DNA of 64,000 bases. Origin: a virus. Both the position numbers and the translations under genes were made by a program. The notes under the pieces are model-generated. The model saw only the letters and a list, made by a program, of their open reading frames with translations, had not been told where the DNA came from and searched no databases. Positions 58,576-64,000 of this stretch are shown here, in pieces. Where the stretch lies: IMG/VR virus record IMGVR_UViG_3300045988_154248. The stretch is one strand, 5' to 3'. The stretch's first letter is position 1; the number at the start of each line of letters is the position of its first letter.

Positions 58576-61500
58576 GTGAATATAATTTTTAATCGTTATA
58601 ATGAGCCGATCCAGGGACATGTATATTTAGGAACACCAAATGGTAAAATTCTATGTGCTATTAATGGAATTGAAGAGAGTACGTTTAAGCTCACGTCAAA
58701 ATTTAATAATACATTTGAATTGACGTTTGACTTGAATGAAAATATTCTTATTCAAGATGGAAAAGGTCTTTCTAAATTAGTTCATTCCAATGTATATGAT
58801 CTTGTTGGATGGCTTATGCGTGTTTATGTCGAAAATGTTGGTTGGTTCATCATGGAACATCCGAAAATTACTGACGATGGTATGAAGCAAATCAAAACAA
58901 TCACATGTCAATCCGCAGAAATCGAGATGCAACAACACGATCTCAAGAATTTTAAAATCAACCAGGGAACAACAGATTCCTACGAGATGTTAGCAGATAA
59001 TAATGTGGAGAAAATAGATGATGTAGAATTTGCTAAAGAACAAATCAAATTTCACAATCCTCAAAATCCGCAACTTAGTTTGATTGATTTAGCCCTAAAA
59101 GCCGCTGGCATGAAAGGCTGGTCTGTTGGGGAAATTGATTCAACCCCAAAAACATATCGGACATATAAAGATGGAAAATATGTCGAAACTACTACTCTTC
59201 TATCTAACGAAATTGGTGCGTTTGATGTTGAGAGTCAGGACTTGTATTCTTTCTTTACACAAGATATGGCTAAATATTTTCAGTGTGTATTTGTATTCGA
59301 CTTTTTGCATATGAAAATAAGTGCTTATCATCCTGAGAATTATGGCAAGAGTACAAACGTAAATATTAATTTTCGAAACCTGCAACAATCTCAAGAAATA
59401 ACAGTTGATGATAGCACTTTATTTACACGATATTATGTACAAGGTGCAGATGATCTTGGCATTACTTATGTCAATTTTGGTTCAAATTATATTGAAAATA
59501 TTGATTATTACTTAAACGAAAAATACTTCTCTCCTCTTTTAATTATTAAATATAAACTGTGGAAAGAAGACTATGAAGAAGCTCGTATATTATATATAGA
59601 AGCAACTCGTCAATATAATGAACAAATGAAAGTCGTAACAGAGCTATATGATCGCGTTCCATTGGATGATTGTTCTACGGATTGGAGTACTTTTACAGAT
59701 GATGAATTGAAAGAAGCTCAGGCTAATTACCAGGCACAACTTAAAGGATATGAACAATTTTACGTTGATGACGATGGAAATTTCGATGAGAATGCATTAA
59801 AAAATTCTTCTGATGCTAATGACTATTATCAGATTAAAAATGTTATTCTTCCATCCATTCAGATTGAAATGGATAATCGTCAACTACCAACAGATGATGA
59901 TAATGCCGATTATGTGGATTCTTACAAAACAAATTGGAAATTATATGGTTTGGATGAATTGAAAGTCAAATTGCAAGAATATAAAAACACTATCGAAACT
60001 TGTAAAAAAGGCGGATATGATCAACCATATACAGAGGATTCATCTCATACTAAAGATGTTCACGACACAATGTACGCAAAATATCTTGATGCTCAAAACC
60101 AATTAGATTCAAATTATGTTGGAGGATGTCAAGAGGCATATGATCAGCGACAATCTGAAATTGATGCAGCAAACGAGATATTAAATAGTTATAACAAAAC
60201 TCGTACAGATCTAGTAAAACAGATTTCAAAGGAAACCTGGAGTGGTGTTGTTGCTGCTGATAATTCGGGATATATTCTCGATGAGGCGGGGAATTATATA
60301 ACGGATGAAGCCGGTAGAAGAATATATTGCGACACACAAAAGTTACAATTTACAGAGCGTGATCTTACCGAGTTGTCAAAAGTGTATTATGACGGAGATT
60401 ACTCAAATGAGAATATGTTTTTAACAGATTCAGACGACCAAGTATCTGCTATTGATGAGCAACTTAAGCTTCTAGATGCTGCTATTGACGATTTGTACAT
60501 AGCATCTCATCCCCAATATCAGTTTACCACATCTCTTGATAATTTCTTAGCCTTGGCTGATTACGAAGATTATATAAAAAATATAAATCAGGGTGACTAT
60601 CTATGGTTGACCGTAGATAATAAGGTAGTAAAACTTCGTGTAGTTGAAATACAATATAATCCGCTTATAGCAGATAATAGTATTCAAATAACATTTTCTA
60701 ATATGATACAAGGACGTAGTAGTAGAAATGACTTATCATACGTTCTAAACACACCATCAAATGCAAGTAAATCTTCCGCATCTGGTTCATCTAATAATTT
60801 CTTAAACAATGAAGGGATCACTCTTACAGCAGGCCTCATTCAAAAACTCATTTCCAATGGCGCATTTAAAAATGGCGTTTCTCAAATAATCAATAATGAA
60901 TTTGCTGGTATGTTGGCTGGCGGTTCTATTTCGCTAGAAGAACTTAATGCAAAAATCATTAAAGTAACCGATTTGTACGGTAAAAATGGATATTTCGAAT
61001 ACCTACAAGCAAAACTTATTACAGCAGGAAGAGTCGTTGCCGACAGTGCTGATTTTAAAGAATTATCTGCTCTTGCTGCTACCATCAAATCTGCTATCAT
61101 TGGTGCTTCATCCACGGAGACAGGTATCGTAATTAATCTTACAACTGAAAATGCCACGATGAGCGAAGCGATGATCAAGGATCTTATTGCCAAATATATC
61201 ACCGTTAATGAACTTAAAGCTGGCGACATCTATACAAATAAAATCAAGATTTTATCTGAAAATGGTACGCTCAGAATTCAAGATAATACGTTCTCAATCT
61301 ATGATGAAGATGGTAATGTAGTAGTTCAGCTTGGAGAAGATAAAAACGGAAATTACGGATTAATCATATCAGATTCCAAAGGATCTGTCTTGTTAGATTC
61401 ACAAGGGCTGCACGAGGGTATTGTTCCTGATGATTTCATTAAAACGGATATGATTGCAGATGGTCAAATTACAGAATCTAAGATTGACAAGACCACCATG

Positions 61501-64000
61501 CGTGACTGGACTATGCCTGACGGATCTAAAGTGTTTGATGTATCACATCTTTGGGACGGCGATGATAGTTTCGGAAAATCTTATAACACGATCAAATCAA
61601 CCGTATCTGCGACATCTAAAGAACTTGGAGATTTATCGGACAAAGTAGATCAATTAGGAAATGGTTATACTGTTGTTTTATCTAACGAAACCCAAAATAT
61701 CCCATGTACATCTGACGGAATAACTGCGACTAGTTTTCTTATCGAAATTCCATTCTATGGTTATGAGGGAATTAAACAGGCAGTATGTACCGTGACTGTT
61801 GGTGAATTACCAGATGGAATTACTCTCGCGGAAAATACTGCTGCTACTTCTACTGCACCAGGTAAAATCACCTTGAATGTAGCAAAAGGTAAAACACTTG
61901 GTAACAAATCTCTTCTAACAGGAACGATTGTTTTTACATGTATCGTTTCAGGAAAGAAAATTTCTAAAAAATTCACATGGATTAAATCTCTCGCTGGTAA
62001 AGATGGATCGCAAGGTATTCCAGCGCCTACATACTATACGTGGATTCGTTATGCAGATACTCCGACCAGTGGAATATCATCTGATCCAACCAATAAAACA
62101 TATATTGGTATTGCGTATAATCAGACTTCTCAAACACCTAGTTCAAACTATTCTGATTATCAATGGTCAAAATTTCGCGGAGATGACGGTGCAAGTATAA
62201 AAGGCGATGACGGAAAAACGCTATATGTATGGATTAAATATGCAGATGACGCAAAAGGTACAAATATGTCAGATGCTCCCGAAGGTAAAACTTACATGGG
62301 TATGGCATGGAATAAATCCACATCAAAAGAGAGTACTAATGCTGCGGATTATTCCTGGTCACTAATTAAAGGCGCAGACGGTAAAGATGGAAAAACCCCA
62401 GTAAAAGGCGTTGACTATTTCGATGGCGTGTCTTCCTATGTATGGATTAGATATGCAACGGACGCTAAAGGAACTGGGATGACAGCTATTCCATCCACAA
62501 CAACGGGCTATATCGGAACAGCTACTACTACAACAGCTGTTGCTCCAACAAATGCTAGTGCGTATGTGTGGGCTAAATATATTGGAGAAAAAGGCGCTAA
62601 AGGTGATGGTGGTTATATTCATATTGCTTATGCTAACTCTGCTGATGGAAAGACAGGATTCGATACGACAATCGGTACTGGGAAATCTTATATTGGACAG
62701 TATACGGATAACATCGAAGATGATAGCACGAATCCAAGCAAATATACATGGAGTTTGATCAAAGGTGCTGACGGAAAGACATTATATACATGGCTAAAAT
62801 ATGCTGACTCTCCTACTTCTGGTATGTCAGACAGTCCGGCTGGAAAGACGTACATGGGTATTGCTGTTAATAAAACATCTATAACTGAAAGCAGTAACTA
62901 TTCTGATTATACTTGGTCGCTGATCAAAGGTACAGATGGAATTAGTGTTAAGGGCGATAAAGGTGATACGGTATATATCTGGGTTAAATATGCAGATGAC
63001 GCAAAAGGTAATGGCATGTCTGAATATCCAGATGGCAAAAAATATATTGGTCTTGCCTATAACAAAACCACCGCAACAGAAAGTAATAATGCTTCTGATT
63101 ACATCTGGTCGTTAATTCAGGGTGAAGATGCTGTTCTTTATGAAATCGAACCATCTGTTGCAGTAATCAAAAAATGCACTCTTGATGTATGTTCTATTAC
63201 TGACGAATCTGGAAATCGAATTGTTGATGAACAAGGAAGATTTCTCTCTGCTTATTTCTTGACTGATTCTCTTTCACCGAACAAAATCACATTTACGGCC
63301 TATAAACAAGTCGGAAGTAAAACTCGTGCCATATATGCATGTAGATTTATTATCCAGGAATCTTTAAATGGATTATCTTGGTCAACAAAATACACGTCTT
63401 CCGAAGACGAAACGAGTGTGTCATACACTCCAAGCACCCTTAAATTACAACAAATTAAGTGTGTAATGTATCGTGCTGGCGGCATAACTGAACAGTTAGA
63501 TTCTCAGACTGTGCCTGTTATTCAAGATGCTGAAGGCTATGATTCTGTGATTCAGACATTTACGGATACTTTTGCATCTGTTGAGTTAAAAGTTGATAAC
63601 AATACAAAAGCTATTACATTAAAAGCAGAGCAAAAAGATATAACTAATGCTATTAATAATTATGATAACACAACAGTTAAGGACATTCGCAATCGCCAAA
63701 CAGAACAAAAAGTCAATATCGACGGTATTTCAACAAAAGTATCTGATATTGAAACAACTATTAATGGATCTGTCGATGGCACAAAAACAGGTCTTATAGA
63801 AAAGGTTACGCAAGTAACAACCAAGGCCGGAACAATTGAAGCTAATCTCAAAAATAATTATACCACAACTGCAGGTATGAATACACAGATCAGCAACTCA
63901 ATTGCTGCTAGTGCAGATAAGATTAAGGTCACTCTTGCTGATGGAAAGACGGAATCTACTCTCAAAGCCGCTTTAGGAGAAATTCAGAAGAGTGTAAAAG
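58576..64000 (+). CDS. tail-associated / host-specificity protein (Tal-like N-terminus, repeat-rich C-terminal part), 3' end beyond window
   Basis: GTG 58576 lies 3 nt after the Dit stop. The frame stays open to the window end, so it is absent from the ORF track (no stop). N-terminus NIIFNRYNEPIQGHVYLGTPNGKILCAINGIEEST is typical of siphovirus Tal proteins. Confidence 0.7.
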   Translation, partial: MNIIFNRYNEPIQGHVYLGTPNGKILCAINGIEESTFKLTSKFNNTFELTFDLNENILIQDGKGLSKLVHSNVYDLVGWLMRVYVENVGWFIMEHPKITDDGMKQIKTITCQSAEIEMQQHDLKNFKINQGTTDSYEMLADNNVEKIDDVEFAKEQIKFHNPQNPQLSLIDLALKAAGMKGWSVGEIDSTPKTYRTYKDGKYVETTTLLSNEIGAFDVESQDLYSFFTQDMAKYFQCVFVFDFLHMKISAYHPENYGKSTNVNINFRNLQQSQEITVDDSTLFTRYYVQGADDLGITYVNFGSNYIENIDYYLNEKYFSPLLIIKYKLWKEDYEEARILYIEATRQYNEQMKVVTELYDRVPLDDCSTDWSTFTDDELKEAQANYQAQLKGYEQFYVDDDGNFDENALKNSSDANDYYQIKNVILPSIQIEMDNRQLPTDDDNADYVDSYKTNWKLYGLDELKVKLQEYKNTIETCKKGGYDQPYTEDSSHTKDVHDTMYAKYLDAQNQLDSNYVGGCQEAYDQRQSEIDAANEILNSYNKTRTDLVKQISKETWSGVVAADNSGYILDEAGNYITDEAGRRIYCDTQKLQFTERDLTELSKVYYDGDYSNENMFLTDSDDQVSAIDEQLKLLDAAIDDLYIASHPQYQFTTSLDNFLALADYEDYIKNINQGDYLWLTVDNKVVKLRVVEIQYNPLIADNSIQITFSNMIQGRSSRNDLSYVLNTPSNASKSSASGSSNNFLNNEGITLTAGLIQKLISNGAFKNGVSQIINNEFAGMLAGGSISLEELNAKIIKVTDLYGKNGYFEYLQAKLITAGRVVADSADFKELSALAATIKSAIIGASSTETGIVINLTTENATMSEAMIKDLIAKYITVNELKAGDIYTNKIKILSENGTLRIQDNTFSIYDEDGNVVVQLGEDKNGNYGLIISDSKGSVLLDSQGLHEGIVPDDFIKTDMIADGQITESKIDKTTMRDWTMPDGSKVFDVSHLWDGDDSFGKSYNTIKSTVSATSKELGDLSDKVDQLGNGYTVVLSNETQNIPCTSDGITATSFLIEIPFYGYEGIKQAVCTVTVGELPDGITLAENTAATSTAPGKITLNVAKGKTLGNKSLLTGTIVFTCIVSGKKISKKFTWIKSLAGKDGSQGIPAPTYYTWIRYADTPTSGISSDPTNKTYIGIAYNQTSQTPSSNYSDYQWSKFRGDDGASIKGDDGKTLYVWIKYADDAKGTNMSDAPEGKTYMGMAWNKSTSKESTNAADYSWSLIKGADGKDGKTPVKGVDYFDGVSSYVWIRYATDAKGTGMTAIPSTTTGYIGTATTTTAVAPTNASAYVWAKYIGEKGAKGDGGYIHIAYANSADGKTGFDTTIGTGKSYIGQYTDNIEDDSTNPSKYTWSLIKGADGKTLYTWLKYADSPTSGMSDSPAGKTYMGIAVNKTSITESSNYSDYTWSLIKGTDGISVKGDKGDTVYIWVKYADDAKGNGMSEYPDGKKYIGLAYNKTTATESNNASDYIWSLIQGEDAVLYEIEPSVAVIKKCTLDVCSITDESGNRIVDEQGRFLSAYFLTDSLSPNKITFTAYKQVGSKTRAIYACRFIIQESLNGLSWSTKYTSSEDETSVSYTPSTLKLQQIKCVMYRAGGITEQLDSQTVPVIQDAEGYDSVIQTFTDTFASVELKVDNNTKAITLKAEQKDITNAINNYDNTTVKDIRNRQTEQKVNIDGISTKVSDIETTINGSVDGTKTGLIEKVTQVTTKAGTIEANLKNNYTTTAGMNTQISNSIAASADKIKVTLADGKTESTLKAALGEIQKSVK
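62029..63130 (+). repeat. six tandem ~55-70-aa coding repeats separated by collagen-like G-x-x triplets
   Basis: Repeat consensus: (T)xYxWxKYADxxxGxxMSxxPxGKxYxGxAxNKxxxxESxNxSDYxWSLIKGxDG. Up to 26-nt identical blocks occur between units (taaatatgcagatgacgcaaaaggta). Confidence 0.8.

Noticed and set aside
1-64000. Stop-codon reassignment (TAG or TGA recoding), as seen in some large gut phages with suppressor tRNAs
   Set aside because: Long ORFs close normally with all three stops under the standard code. The tRNAs carry ordinary sense anticodons (TAT, CCA, GTA, TGA, TAA). The TMP breaks are explained by introns.

Overview
AT-rich segment of a tailed phage or prophage of the Bacillota type (GGAGG-type ribosome-binding sites (RBS), frequent TTG/GTG starts, LC3-type holin, NUMOD/HNH and LAGLIDADG endonucleases). 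Almost all genes are on the + strand.

Gene order, left to right:
- DNA/nucleotide metabolism and transcription: an SF1 helicase fragment, a dCMP-deaminase-like gene, a YonO-like single-subunit RNA polymerase and a PIN-PhoH ATPase.
- A mobile-DNA cluster: a LAGLIDADG endonuclease with an IS200/IS605 tnpA-tnpB element nested in its 3' end.
- ClpP, a metallophosphoesterase, HU, an antirepressor, a tyrosine integrase and a DUF262 protein.
- Five tRNA or tRNA-like genes.
- An HNH endonuclease, then the packaging and morphogenesis module: TerL, portal, scaffold and capsid candidates, a tail tube candidate, a giant tape-measure gene, Dit, and a Tal/host-specificity ORF of more than 1800 aa that runs off the window.

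Main result: the tape-measure gene (about 3500 codons once joined) appears to be split into four exons by three insertions.
- Insertion 3 is a clear group I intron. Its cargo is not a homing endonuclease but a complete type III toxin-antitoxin locus: ToxI-like tandem RNA repeats, a terminator and a ToxN/AbiQ-like toxin.
- Insertion 2 (3.5 kb) has group-I-like splice-site features. It carries an antisense operon (a zinc-ribbon protein plus two diverged trypsin-like proteases). Each protease gene overlaps convergently with a small sense ORF that starts in a conserved 37-nt element.
- Insertion 1 carries a Vsr/EDxHD-like endonuclease.

Other notable items:
- a 210-bp near-identical 'leader + 59-aa ORF' module in front of two unrelated endonuclease genes;
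- a covarying two-hairpin motif with an invariant 12-nt loop upstream of the integrase and HNH genes;
- a roughly 1-kb structured non-coding block next to tRNA-Ile.

All calls rest on reading the sequence and recalling motifs; no searches were run. Intron boundaries and many protein functions are inferences.
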